In this document: positions 1-9,234 of the stretch, piece after piece
How the letters are laid out: every line of letters begins with the position of its first letter
Position numbering within the stretch: position 1 is the stretch's first letter
Assembly: GCA_963996865.1 (NCBI GenBank)
Contig: CAXEHY010000092.1
Span: 1-37,744 of the forward strand
Length of the DNA: 37,744 bases
Origin: an uncultured Flavobacteriales bacterium
GTDB taxonomy: Bacteria > Bacteroidota > Bacteroidia > Flavobacteriales > SAT41
Direction: 5' to 3'
Notes under the pieces: generated by a model
What the model saw: only the letters and a program-made list of their open reading frames with translations
The model's database searches: none
What the model was told of the DNA's origin: nothing
Made by a program: the position numbers and the translations under genes

Positions 1-212
1 AACAAATTAATGAATTCATAAAAGATAGATTTAATAGATCATTAAAAAGTATAGAAGTTGAGCCAGTTTTTGAAATAGATGAATTATTGTTAAGTAAAAC
101 AGAATGGTTTAACGATGAAATTATAGGCACTAAACACGGAGATTTTTTTGTTAAAAGATCGATTAATTATAGTAAAAGAACACAAAGTATAACAGGAGAT
201 GATCTTTTTTAG
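1..212 (+). CDS. nrdB: Ribonucleotide reductase beta subunit, C-terminal fragment (5' end outside window)
   Basis: Not in the ORF track. Frame 3 reads QINEFIKDRFNRSLKSIEVEPVFEIDELLLSKTEWFNDEIIGTKHGDFFVKRSINYSKRTQSITGDDLF, with stop TAG at 210-212. The DFFxKR..Y..DDLF tail is typical of NrdB, and it lies 2 nt upstream of nrdA. Confidence 0.92.
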   Translation, partial: QINEFIKDRFNRSLKSIEVEPVFEIDELLLSKTEWFNDEIIGTKHGDFFVKRSINYSKRTQSITGDDLF

Positions 213-214
213 TT

Positions 215-2035
215 ATGAGTAAAATAATAGATAAAACAAGCATAAATAACAATAATATAGATTCTTCAAAGAAGAATCAAGTTATCTATAGTTCCGATTT
301 ACATAAAGATGCATTATTAACTCCTCAAAAATCTTATAAAAAAGTAGAAAAACACAATTATGCTTTTGATTGGCTAACAGAATATAGTAGAAGTTTTTTA
401 TCTGCAGGGTATATTCCTGCTGGCGTTACTCCTGAAAAACGTATTATGGAAATAGCAAAAAGAGCAGAAGATATTTTAGGCATTTCGGGTTATGCGAAAA
501 AATTTTATAATTACATGTCTAAAGGGTTCTTTTCTTTATCATCACCAGTATGGTCTAATTTTGGGAAAAAGAGGGGCTTACCTATTAGTTGTTTTGGCTC
601 TAACATTGCAGATGACATGGGAAATATTTTATATACTCAATCTGAAGTAGGCATGATGTCTAAATTAGGTGGTGGGACATCAGGATATTTTGGGAATATT
701 AGGCATCGCGGCTCTGAGGTAAAAAATAATGGCCAGGCTTCAGGAGCGGTTCATGTTATGCAACTTTTTGAAACAATGGTAGATGTTGTTAGTCAAGGAT
801 CAGTTCGCAGAGGAAGATTTTCTCCTTATTTACCTGTTGAGCATAAAGATATTTCGGAATTTTTAGATATTGGAACAGAAGGAAATCCTATTCAAGAACT
901 TACACATGGAGTAACAGCAACAGATAAGTGGATGAATGAAATGATAGAAGGAGATCAAGAAAAACGTGATATTTGGGCAAAAGTATTACAAAGAAGAGGC
1001 GAAATAGGATATCCTTATATATTTTTTACAGATAAAGCAAATAATGGAGCTCCAAAAGTTTATAGAGATAAGAATTGTAAAATTAAAGCAAGTAATTTAT
1101 GTACAGAAATTATGTTGCCTTCTAATGATAAATGGTCTTTTGTGTGTTGTCTTTCATCATTAAATGTTTTACATTATGACAAGTGGAAAGATACAGATGC
1201 TGTAGAAACAATGGTTTATTTTTTAGATGCTGTAATTACAGAGTTTATTGAAAAACTTGATTTTTATCGTAATTCTTCTACTCGTGACGATCAACAAACT
1301 TTTTTATTTATGGAGCGTGCTTATAATTTTGCTAAACAACATAGGGCTTTAGGCTTAGGTGTTTTAGGCTGGCATTCTTTATTACAATCAAAAATGTTGT
1401 CTTTTAATAGTCAGGAAGCTTTTAATCTTAATAATGATATATTTAAATTTATAAAGGAAAAATCTTATAAAGCTTCTAAAGATTTAGCTGATATTTTTGG
1501 AGAACCTGAAGTTTTAAAAGGTTATGGTAGACGTAATGCAACTTTAAATGCTGTTGCTCCTACAACTTCTTCTGCTTTTATTTTAGGACAAGTATCACAA
1601 GGGATAGAACCTATATGGTCAAATATATATGTAAAAGATATCGCGAAGATTAAAACAACAATCAAGAATCCATTTTTAGTTAAATTATTAGATCAAAAAA
1701 ACAAAAACACAAAAGAAGTTTGGAATAGCATTAGAGACAAAGATGGATCTGTTCAACATTTAGATTTTTTGAATGAAAATGAAAAAAATGTATTTAAAAC
1801 TTATTCTGAGATAGATCAACTTGATATTATATATCAAGCGGCAAATAGACAAAATTATATTGATCAAGGCCAGTCTCTGAATCTTTTAATTCATCCGGAC
1901 ATGCCAGCTAAGGAAATAAATAACATTTATATTACAGCATGGAAGTTAGGTTTAAAATCATTATACTATCAACATAGTATGAATGCTGCTCAAAAATTCA
2001 AACAAAAAAAAGAATGTATTAGCTGCGAAGCTTAA
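215..2035 (+). CDS. nrdA: Class I ribonucleotide reductase alpha subunit, short form with no recognisable ATP-cone
   Basis: LSSPVWSN, PISCF, GGGTS, active-site loop SNLCTEI, VAPTTSS, KSLYY tyrosine dyad and C-terminal CISC. Confidence 0.96.
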   Translation: MSKIIDKTSINNNNIDSSKKNQVIYSSDLHKDALLTPQKSYKKVEKHNYAFDWLTEYSRSFLSAGYIPAGVTPEKRIMEIAKRAEDILGISGYAKKFYNYMSKGFFSLSSPVWSNFGKKRGLPISCFGSNIADDMGNILYTQSEVGMMSKLGGGTSGYFGNIRHRGSEVKNNGQASGAVHVMQLFETMVDVVSQGSVRRGRFSPYLPVEHKDISEFLDIGTEGNPIQELTHGVTATDKWMNEMIEGDQEKRDIWAKVLQRRGEIGYPYIFFTDKANNGAPKVYRDKNCKIKASNLCTEIMLPSNDKWSFVCCLSSLNVLHYDKWKDTDAVETMVYFLDAVITEFIEKLDFYRNSSTRDDQQTFLFMERAYNFAKQHRALGLGVLGWHSLLQSKMLSFNSQEAFNLNNDIFKFIKEKSYKASKDLADIFGEPEVLKGYGRRNATLNAVAPTTSSAFILGQVSQGIEPIWSNIYVKDIAKIKTTIKNPFLVKLLDQKNKNTKEVWNSIRDKDGSVQHLDFLNENEKNVFKTYSEIDQLDIIYQAANRQNYIDQGQSLNLLIHPDMPAKEINNIYITAWKLGLKSLYYQHSMNAAQKFKQKKECISCEA

Positions 2036-2039
2036 AGTT

Positions 2040-3218
2040 TTATTCAAAAGCGTTTATCCCAGTTATATCTTTTCCGGTAATTAACAAATGAATATCATGT
2101 GTCCCTTCATAAGTTATAACTGATTCGAGGTTCATCATATGTCTCATAATAGGAAATTCAGAAGTTATCCCCATTCCTCCTAATATTTGTCTTGATTCTC
2201 TAGCTATTTTTATTGCAATTTCTACATTATTTCTTTTAGCCATAGATATTTGAACAGATGAAGCCATATTTTTGTTTTTTAACTGCCCAACTCTTAAAGC
2301 TAATAATTGAGCTTTTGTTATTTCAGTAATCATTTCAGCTAGTTTTTTTTGCTGTAATTGAAATGAAGCAATCGGTTTTTTAAATTGTATTCTTTCTTGA
2401 GCGTATTTTAAAGCTGTATTATAACAATTTAAAGCGCATCCAATTGTACCCCAAGCTATACCAAATCTAGCAGAGTCAAGACAAGCTAATGGAGAGCTTA
2501 ATCCATTTGATTTTTCTAGAATATTTTCTTTTGGTATTTTGACATTATCAAATACTAATTCACCCGTTGAAGAAGCTCTAAGAGATAATTTGCCATGAGT
2601 TTCTGGAGTTGTAAAACCCTTCATTCCTCTTTCTACAATTAATCCTTTTATTCTATTTTCTTCATTTTTTGCCCAAACTACAGCTATATCACAAATAGGA
2701 GAATTAGATATCCAAGTTTTTGATCCATTTAATAAAACATGATCTCCTTTATCAATAAAATTACTTTCCATTCCCCCAGGATTAGATCCATGATTAGGCT
2801 CAGTTAATCCGAAAGATCCTATTAATTCAGCTTTTGCTAACTTAGGTAAAAATTTTTCTTTTTGTTTTTCAGTGCCAAATTCATAAATAGGAAACATAAC
2901 TAAAGATGATTGAACAGAAGCTGTTGATCTTATTCCTGAATCACATCTTTCAAGTTCTTGCATGATAATTCCATATGATATATAATCAAGTCCTCCTCCC
3001 CCGTATTTGACAGGAATACATGTCCCAAAAGCTCCAATTTCAGCTAATCCTTGTAAAATATGTTTAGGGAAAGTAGCTTTTTCATAATGTTCTTCTATAA
3101 TAGGATCTAGATTTTTTTTAACCCATTGTCTTACAGAATCACGGATTAATTTATGCTCTTCTGATAATAGTTCATCTATTAGTAAATAATCATTATTGAT
3201 AGAATTTATTTGATTCAT
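2040..3218 (-). CDS. gcdH: Glutaryl-CoA dehydrogenase (acyl-CoA dehydrogenase family)
   Basis: ELERCDSGIRS, FGLTEPNHGSNPGGM, GSKTWISNSP, MAKRNN, RHMMNLESVITYEGTHDIH signature. Confidence 0.9.
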   Translation of the reverse strand: MNQINSINNDYLLIDELLSEEHKLIRDSVRQWVKKNLDPIIEEHYEKATFPKHILQGLAEIGAFGTCIPVKYGGGGLDYISYGIIMQELERCDSGIRSTASVQSSLVMFPIYEFGTEKQKEKFLPKLAKAELIGSFGLTEPNHGSNPGGMESNFIDKGDHVLLNGSKTWISNSPICDIAVVWAKNEENRIKGLIVERGMKGFTTPETHGKLSLRASSTGELVFDNVKIPKENILEKSNGLSSPLACLDSARFGIAWGTIGCALNCYNTALKYAQERIQFKKPIASFQLQQKKLAEMITEITKAQLLALRVGQLKNKNMASSVQISMAKRNNVEIAIKIARESRQILGGMGITSEFPIMRHMMNLESVITYEGTHDIHLLITGKDITGINAFE

Positions 3219-3243
3219 ATTTTAAATGTAAAAATTTATTTAA

Positions 3244-3251
3244 TAAATTTA
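3244..3251. promoter_or_regulatory. Candidate Bacteroidota -7-like element (palindromic TAAATTTA) in the gcdH/cytochrome c divergent gap
   Basis: One mismatch to TAnnTTTG, 5 nt before the ATG at 3257. On the minus strand, TACATTTA lies 4 nt before the gcdH ATG. The AT-rich background weakens the match. Confidence 0.35.
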
Positions 3252-3256
3252 AAAAA

Positions 3257-3622
3257 ATGAAATTTAAAATTACTTATATAATATTATTTATAATATTTTT
3301 TTATTCCTGTGATCAAGAAAATACACCAGATGATGTATGTGAAAATATTTCATTTAGTAATGATGTTTCTCCTATTATATATAATAATTGTGTTAGTTGT
3401 CATAGTTATGGTCAAACCGCAGAATCTTCAGGAATATTTGGATCATTAGGCGGGCAATCTGTTTATTATAATGGAGTTTTTTCAAAAAAAGATATAATTA
3501 TTTCATTAATAACATCAACAGACCCTAACAGTGTTATGCCTCCTACTGTAGGATCTCAGTTAAACTCTAATCAGATTGAAATAATTCAATGTTGGATCAA
3601 AGAAGGGGCTCTTGATAATTGA
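3257..3622 (+). CDS. Small lipoprotein with monoheme cytochrome c motif
   Basis: Lipoprotein-like signal ending FFYS-C; CVSCH heme motif at 3389-3403; distal MPP; C-terminal WIxEGA as in planctomycete-type cytochrome c domains. Confidence 0.75.
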   Translation: MKFKITYIILFIIFFYSCDQENTPDDVCENISFSNDVSPIIYNNCVSCHSYGQTAESSGIFGSLGGQSVYYNGVFSKKDIIISLITSTDPNSVMPPTVGSQLNSNQIEIIQCWIKEGALDN

Positions 3623-3625
3623 ACT

Positions 3626-4267
3626 ATGTATGAATATGTAATTTCTAATACAGTAAACTATAATTTTATTTTTATTGTATTTGTTTCTTTTTTAATTCTA
3701 TTTTCTTTTTGTTCTTTTTTATTTTCAAGACAAATTAATTTTATGTTTAGAATGGTTTTTGACACTAATCATTTTTTTTATTATTCTGGAAACAAAAAAA
3801 AAAATATTCTTTTGTTCCTTATTCCTTTAATTATAATATTTACAGTTTGTATATCTTTTATCACTTTTCATGAAGTAAGCTATCAAAATCACTTTATTAA
3901 AGAAGTTGTAAAATGTTTTTCTTTTATATCAATAATTTTCACATTAAAAGCTCTTTTGATATTATATTTAACAAATATTTTTAATAGAAATTTTCAAAGA
4001 AATTTAATAATTTATAATTGCTTTATTCATGAAGCGGCATTATCAATATTACTCTTCCCTTTTGCTTTTATTTTATATTATATAAATGAATATTTTATTA
4101 TTTATTTAATAATTGGAATATTAATATTGATTTTTTATTCATATAAATATTATAAATTATATAAATTATGTGTCTATAAAATAAACTTATTTTATAGTTC
4201 TATATTTTTGTATCTTTGCTGTTTGGAAATTATACCAATTTTATATTTTTTAAAGATTTTTATTTAA
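3626..4267 (+). CDS. DUF4271-like multi-pass membrane protein
   Basis: About 6 hydrophobic segments; C-terminal FLYLCCLEIIP motif; lies directly upstream of a HemD-like gene as usual in Bacteroidota. Confidence 0.75.
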   Translation: MYEYVISNTVNYNFIFIVFVSFLILFSFCSFLFSRQINFMFRMVFDTNHFFYYSGNKKKNILLFLIPLIIIFTVCISFITFHEVSYQNHFIKEVVKCFSFISIIFTLKALLILYLTNIFNRNFQRNLIIYNCFIHEAALSILLFPFAFILYYINEYFIIYLIIGILILIFYSYKYYKLYKLCVYKINLFYSSIFLYLCCLEIIPILYFLKIFI

Positions 4268-4268
4268 G

Positions 4269-5015
4269 ATGCCAAGAAGAAGAAAATTATTAATAACTCA
4301 AACCGCTCCTCAAAACATAGCTAAATCACCTTATACTAGACTAGGAGACAAATATAAATTGCAGATTGAATTTCAACCTTTTATTAGTTTAAAAGAGATT
4401 AAAGCAAAGGCTTTTAGAAAGCAAAAAGTAAATATTCCAAGCCATGATGTTATTTTATTTACTAGTAGAAACGCTATAATTCATTTCTTCAGATTATGTG
4501 AAGACTTAAGATTAAGAATATCTGAAAGCATGAGATATTTTTGTTTATCAGAGACTATAGCTGTTTATTTACAAAAATATATAGTTTACAGGAAAAGAAA
4601 AATTTTTGTTGGACAAAAAACTATTTCAGACTTATTGCCAGCATTTGAAAAACACAGAGATTCAAAAATATTAATACCAGGATCTAATATTATGAATCCT
4701 AAAATGCATAAATTTTTAATCCATAATGAAGTTAATTTCACACAGGCGGTTGTTTATAAAACCGTGAATGAAAATGTTAAAGATTTAGATATAAATTCTT
4801 ATTTTTTGATAGCTTTTTTTACTCCTTTAAGTATAAAAACATTATTTAAAAGCTTTCCTAATTATGAACAGAATAAAACAATTATTGGATGTTACGGATC
4901 TAATACAAGTATAAAAGCAGAAGAAAAAAATTTAAGCATTGAAATTAAAACTCCAACAAAAAAAGCGCCATCTATGTCTATGGCCATAGATCAATATTTG
5001 AAAAAAAGAAGATAG
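4269..5015 (+). CDS. hemD: Uroporphyrinogen-III synthase-like protein (Bacteroidota type)
   Basis: ILFTSRNAIIHFF, MRYFCLSETIAVYLQKYIVYRKRKIF, YKTV, APSMSMAI. Confidence 0.8.
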   Translation: MPRRRKLLITQTAPQNIAKSPYTRLGDKYKLQIEFQPFISLKEIKAKAFRKQKVNIPSHDVILFTSRNAIIHFFRLCEDLRLRISESMRYFCLSETIAVYLQKYIVYRKRKIFVGQKTISDLLPAFEKHRDSKILIPGSNIMNPKMHKFLIHNEVNFTQAVVYKTVNENVKDLDINSYFLIAFFTPLSIKTLFKSFPNYEQNKTIIGCYGSNTSIKAEEKNLSIEIKTPTKKAPSMSMAIDQYLKKRR

Positions 5016-5020
5016 TTTTA

Positions 5021-5407
5021 GTGAGTTATTTTAGCAAAAAAGATCGGATAAATAATTATCATTTAATAAAAAAATTATTAAAATTCAAAAGTTTTTTTGA
5101 AATAAATGACATGAAAGTTTCATTTTATATACATGATTTAAGAGATGTAAGTAAATTACAGATTTTAATTTCTGTTCCTAAGAAAAAAATAAAATCTTCT
5201 GTTCAGAGAAATAAAATAAAAAGATTAATTAGAGAGTCTTATCGACTCCAAAAAAGCATTATAGATGATGTAATATTAAATAATAAAAAATTAGCTGTTT
5301 TGTTAATTTATAATTCTCAAAAAACTAATATGCCTTTTAAAGATGTTTTTAATAAAATAAATTTAATTTTATGTTCGTTAAAAGAAAAGTATAATGAAAG
5401 TATTTAA
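5021..5407 (+). CDS. rnpA: Ribonuclease P protein component (GTG start)
   Basis: ISVPKK..SVQRNKIKRLIRESYR (RNR-like motif); basic; followed by an S41 protease as in Flavobacteria. Confidence 0.9.
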   Translation: MSYFSKKDRINNYHLIKKLLKFKSFFEINDMKVSFYIHDLRDVSKLQILISVPKKKIKSSVQRNKIKRLIRESYRLQKSIIDDVILNNKKLAVLLIYNSQKTNMPFKDVFNKINLILCSLKEKYNESI

Positions 5408-7004
5408 AAAAATTATTATTGTTTTCGGATTAGCTTTTTTGTCTTTCACATTTGTTAGTGATTATTTTGAGATATCTAAGAATATAGAAATTTTCAACGC
5501 AGTTTATAGAGAAATAAATATGTTTTATGTAGAAGAAATAAAGCCAGGTAAGTTAATGAAAGTAGCTATAAATTCAATGTTAAAATCTTTAGACCCCTAC
5601 ACAACTTATATTCCTGAATCTGAAATAGAAGATTTTAAATTTCAAAGAACAGGTGTTTATGGGGGAATAGGTGCTTTAATCTCGAAAAGAGATAGCCACG
5701 TTATTGTACGAGAGCCATATGAAGGATTCCCCGCTCAAAAGATAGGATTAATGTCAGGAGATAAGTTTTTAAAAATAAATAACAAAAATGTTGTAGGAAA
5801 AGGAGTAGAGTATATTAGTTCTAAATTAAAAGGCGAGGTGGGTACAGATGTAGATGTTATAATAAAAAGACTAGATAAAGAATATAATTTCACTTTAAAA
5901 AGAGAAAAAATAAAGATCAAAAATGTTTCTTATTATGATGTTTTAGAAAATGATATAGGCTATATCATGTTATCTAATTTCAGAGATAACGCAGCTAAAG
6001 AAGTGGAAGATGCTTATATAGATTTAATAAAAAAACATAATATTAAAAAATTAATTTTAGATTTGAGAAATAATCCAGGAGGGCTATTAAATGAGTCAGT
6101 AAAAATTGTTAATATTTTTGTTCCAAAATCAACTGAAATAGTTGCCACTAGAGGCAGGGATAAAGAATACATTTATAAAGCTAAAAATAAATCTTTAAAT
6201 CTTGATATACCTCTTGTTGTTTTAGTTAATAAATCTTCAGCATCAGCATCAGAGATTGTATCAGGATCTTTACAAGACTTAGACAGAGCTGTAATAATAG
6301 GAGAAAAAACTTATGGTAAAGGATTAGTTCAAGGCACAAAACCATTACCGTATAATGCTCAGTTAAAATATACAACAGCAAAATATTATTTACCTAGCGG
6401 AAGATGTATACAAGAAGTTAATTATTCTAATATTTTAAAAGCAGACAGCTTGTCAATAAATTATCAAACGCTTAAAGGGAGAAAGGTTTTAGCTGGAAAT
6501 GGAATATATCCAGATATTATAATAAATCAAGATAAAGAAGCCAATTCTTTTTTAATTTCTCTTATTAGAAATAATTATATTTTTGATTTTGCAACTGAAT
6601 TTAGATTAAAAAATAAAAGTTTTGATTTATCTAATATGGACATAAATTATATTTTTAATTTATTTGAAAAATTCTTGTCAGAAAAAGAACATGTTTACAC
6701 AACAATATCAGAGGTGTATCTAGATACTTTATTAACAAAGATTAAAAATGAGAATCATTCAAATAATAATTTGATTGATTTATGTGAAGATTTAGATGAC
6801 CTTCTTCAAAAAGAAAAATCTAAAGATTTATATAACAATAAAGAAGATGTTTTAGATTTAATTATTTCAGAAATTTCTTCTAGATATTTTTATCAAAAAG
6901 GACGTATAGAGGCAAATTTGTTAAATGATAAGCAAATTAATAAAGCAAATTTTATATTGTCAAATATTAATGAATATAATAGTATTTTTGAACCTATCGA
7001 TTAA
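5394..7004 (+). CDS. S41 family carboxyl-terminal processing protease with PDZ domain
   Basis: Signal peptide; LDPYT, GIGA (PDZ), LDLRNNPGGLL, SASASEIV (catalytic Ser), TYGKGLVQ (catalytic Lys). Confidence 0.93.
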   Translation: MKVFKKIIIVFGLAFLSFTFVSDYFEISKNIEIFNAVYREINMFYVEEIKPGKLMKVAINSMLKSLDPYTTYIPESEIEDFKFQRTGVYGGIGALISKRDSHVIVREPYEGFPAQKIGLMSGDKFLKINNKNVVGKGVEYISSKLKGEVGTDVDVIIKRLDKEYNFTLKREKIKIKNVSYYDVLENDIGYIMLSNFRDNAAKEVEDAYIDLIKKHNIKKLILDLRNNPGGLLNESVKIVNIFVPKSTEIVATRGRDKEYIYKAKNKSLNLDIPLVVLVNKSSASASEIVSGSLQDLDRAVIIGEKTYGKGLVQGTKPLPYNAQLKYTTAKYYLPSGRCIQEVNYSNILKADSLSINYQTLKGRKVLAGNGIYPDIIINQDKEANSFLISLIRNNYIFDFATEFRLKNKSFDLSNMDINYIFNLFEKFLSEKEHVYTTISEVYLDTLLTKIKNENHSNNNLIDLCEDLDDLLQKEKSKDLYNNKEDVLDLIISEISSRYFYQKGRIEANLLNDKQINKANFILSNINEYNSIFEPID

Positions 7005-8178
7005 TTATTTATTTTTTTTATTAGGGGTTTTATTACCTTTTTCTGTTTTTTCCACAGATGTTATAATATTACTCATTGTTTTTTTTTGGTTATTAAAACA
7101 TAATAAAAATTTTTTTTTACAATTGGTGCAAAATAAATGGTTTATTAGTATTTTATTTTTTAATATAATATATATATTAGGATTGTTTTGGGGGGATAAT
7201 CATCAAGACAGTTGGTACGTTATTAAATCAAATTTGTTGTTTTTTTGTATACCTATTTTTTATACATCAGAGATAAAAAAAAAATATATTTTTTACTCTT
7301 TTATAGGTTTATGTTTTTCTATGTTTTTATCATCTATTTATGGGATATTTGAATATTATGAAATAATTCCTCATTATTTTTTTAGAATATATCAAAATGC
7401 GGATTTAGTAGCATTGTTAAATTATCGTGATCATAATATTTTTTTATCTTTTTGTATTATTATATGTGGGCTTTATTATTATAAAGAGTATAAATTAAAA
7501 AGCAAAAGTAATTTTAGATATATTTTATTATTTATGATTTTAACTTTTATTTTTAGTCTATTTATAGAAAGGGGCAGAATGGGACAATTTAACTTTATAT
7601 TAATGTTCCTTTTTTTTTCTGTTTTCTTTAGAAGAGCGAAGCATGTTTTATTCACATTAGTTGGACTAATATTATTGTTATTAATAAATTATAATATTAA
7701 TTATACTTTTCAGCAACGGATTAATTCTACTATTAATAATATTAAATTAATTAAATCAGATATAAATACATCAGATAATCAACGTTGGTATTTTGTTAGA
7801 ACATCTTTAGAGTTAATAAAACGAAAACCTGTTTTAGGACATGGAACAGGTAGTTTTATAAATACATTTTCTAAACATTCTTTGACTTCAAGGGGATTTA
7901 TAGAAAGAGGTCACAAAACCCCTCATAATTATTATCTATATGTTTTGTTTGAGTTGGGAGTTTTAGGGTTTTTATTTTTATTTTTATTTTTTTACTATCA
8001 ATTATATTTTCATATAAAATATAAAAATAAGTTGGCAATTTATTTTTGTGTTATTCCTTTTTTATTAATGTGTATAGGAGACAGTTATTTAATAAGTCAT
8101 AACTCTTTGATATTATATATATATCTGTCATTTATATTAACAAAATTAAATATAAATTCTTTTTATTCTTTTAGATAA
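6925..8178 (+). CDS. O-antigen ligase (Wzy_C/WaaL-like) family membrane protein; true start possibly ATG 6970 or later
   Basis: About 11-12 hydrophobic segments; GRMGQ loop; large loop with R..GHGTGSF..TPHNYYL..LFELGVLG. Confidence 0.82.
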   Translation: MISKLIKQILYCQILMNIIVFLNLSINYLFFLLGVLLPFSVFSTDVIILLIVFFWLLKHNKNFFLQLVQNKWFISILFFNIIYILGLFWGDNHQDSWYVIKSNLLFFCIPIFYTSEIKKKYIFYSFIGLCFSMFLSSIYGIFEYYEIIPHYFFRIYQNADLVALLNYRDHNIFLSFCIIICGLYYYKEYKLKSKSNFRYILLFMILTFIFSLFIERGRMGQFNFILMFLFFSVFFRRAKHVLFTLVGLILLLLINYNINYTFQQRINSTINNIKLIKSDINTSDNQRWYFVRTSLELIKRKPVLGHGTGSFINTFSKHSLTSRGFIERGHKTPHNYYLYVLFELGVLGFLFLFLFFYYQLYFHIKYKNKLAIYFCVIPFLLMCIGDSYLISHNSLILYIYLSFILTKLNINSFYSFR

Positions 8179-9234
8179 GCTAGAAGTAATTTCATAAGGA
8201 ATAGTATTTAGATCTTTTGCTAATTCACAAATATTTCTTTTTTTATTGAAATAAAAAACTTCTTCTCCTTCTTTTATTTTTGTGTTAGTTATGTTTATCA
8301 TACAGCTGTCCATAGACACAACACCAACCACAGGATATAATTTATTCTTTATTAAAAATTTCAATCTACCATTACCCCAATCTCTTTTAATGCCATCAGC
8401 ATACCCTATTGGGATAATACCAATTTTCATATTTTTTTTTGCGATAAAAGATCTATTGTAGCCTATACTTTCATTTTTTTTAATTTTTCTAATTTGTATT
8501 ATATGAGATTTCAATTCACTTATTGGTTTAATTTCGGGATAGGTTTTAGTATATCCGTATATACCCAATCCTATTCTAATTATGTTATTATTATTTAAAC
8601 TTATATATCCCTCAGTATTATGGATGTGAGCATCTATTTTATATTTAAATATTTTATTAAATGTTTTATTAATTTTTGTAAACCTGTTTATTTGTCTTAT
8701 AGAAAACAAGTCATTTTTATTATTATTAGAATTTGCTAAATGTGAAAATATTGAAGACACATGTATATTTTTATTATTTATTATTTTTTCGATACATTTA
8801 TTAATATCATTATTATCAAATCCAAATCTATTCATACCGGTATTAAATTTTATATGAATATTTATTTTTTTATTTATTTTTATTATTTCCTCTAATATTT
8901 CAAAATTATAAATACAGGGCTCAAGATTGTGATTTATCACTTCTTGTATATTATTTTTTGTTGGCGCGGTAACCATAATTTTACTTTTTATGTTTTTTTC
9001 TCTTAATCTTATTCCTTCTTCAAAATCTGCAACTCCTAACATATAAATATTTTCTTTTTCTAAGATTTTAGCAATTTCAATATCGCCGTGACCATATGCA
9101 TTTGCTTTAATCATCGCAATTATTTTAATATTTTTATTATTTGATTTAAAAAAATTAATATTAGATATTATTTTTTTTGTATCAATTATTAAAGTTGTAT
9201 TATATAAATTATTTTTCATTTTTATAAAATTCAT
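8146..9234 (-). CDS. alr: Alanine racemase (stand-alone; start probably ATG 9219)
   Basis: MIKANAYGHG (PLP Lys), HIKFNTGMNRFG, FSHLA, SIGY, PIGYADG, VSMD, TIPYEI. Confidence 0.95.
   Translation of the reverse strand: MNFIKMKNNLYNTTLIIDTKKIISNINFFKSNNKNIKIIAMIKANAYGHGDIEIAKILEKENIYMLGVADFEEGIRLREKNIKSKIMVTAPTKNNIQEVINHNLEPCIYNFEILEEIIKINKKINIHIKFNTGMNRFGFDNNDINKCIEKIINNKNIHVSSIFSHLANSNNNKNDLFSIRQINRFTKINKTFNKIFKYKIDAHIHNTEGYISLNNNNIIRIGLGIYGYTKTYPEIKPISELKSHIIQIRKIKKNESIGYNRSFIAKKNMKIGIIPIGYADGIKRDWGNGRLKFLIKNKLYPVVGVVSMDSCMINITNTKIKEGEEVFYFNKKRNICELAKDLNTIPYEITSSLSKRIKRIYI

Noticed and set aside
3794-3804. A11 tract in the DUF4271 gene (also A10 at 7275-7284) as a phase-variation switch
   Set aside because: The frames are intact, and 8-10-nt A/T runs occur throughout core genes in this window
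8146-9234. alr as a broken MurF-Alr fusion
   Set aside because: The catalytic Lys and Tyr are intact and tdk directly precedes it with no MurF remnant; stand-alone alr is ordinary
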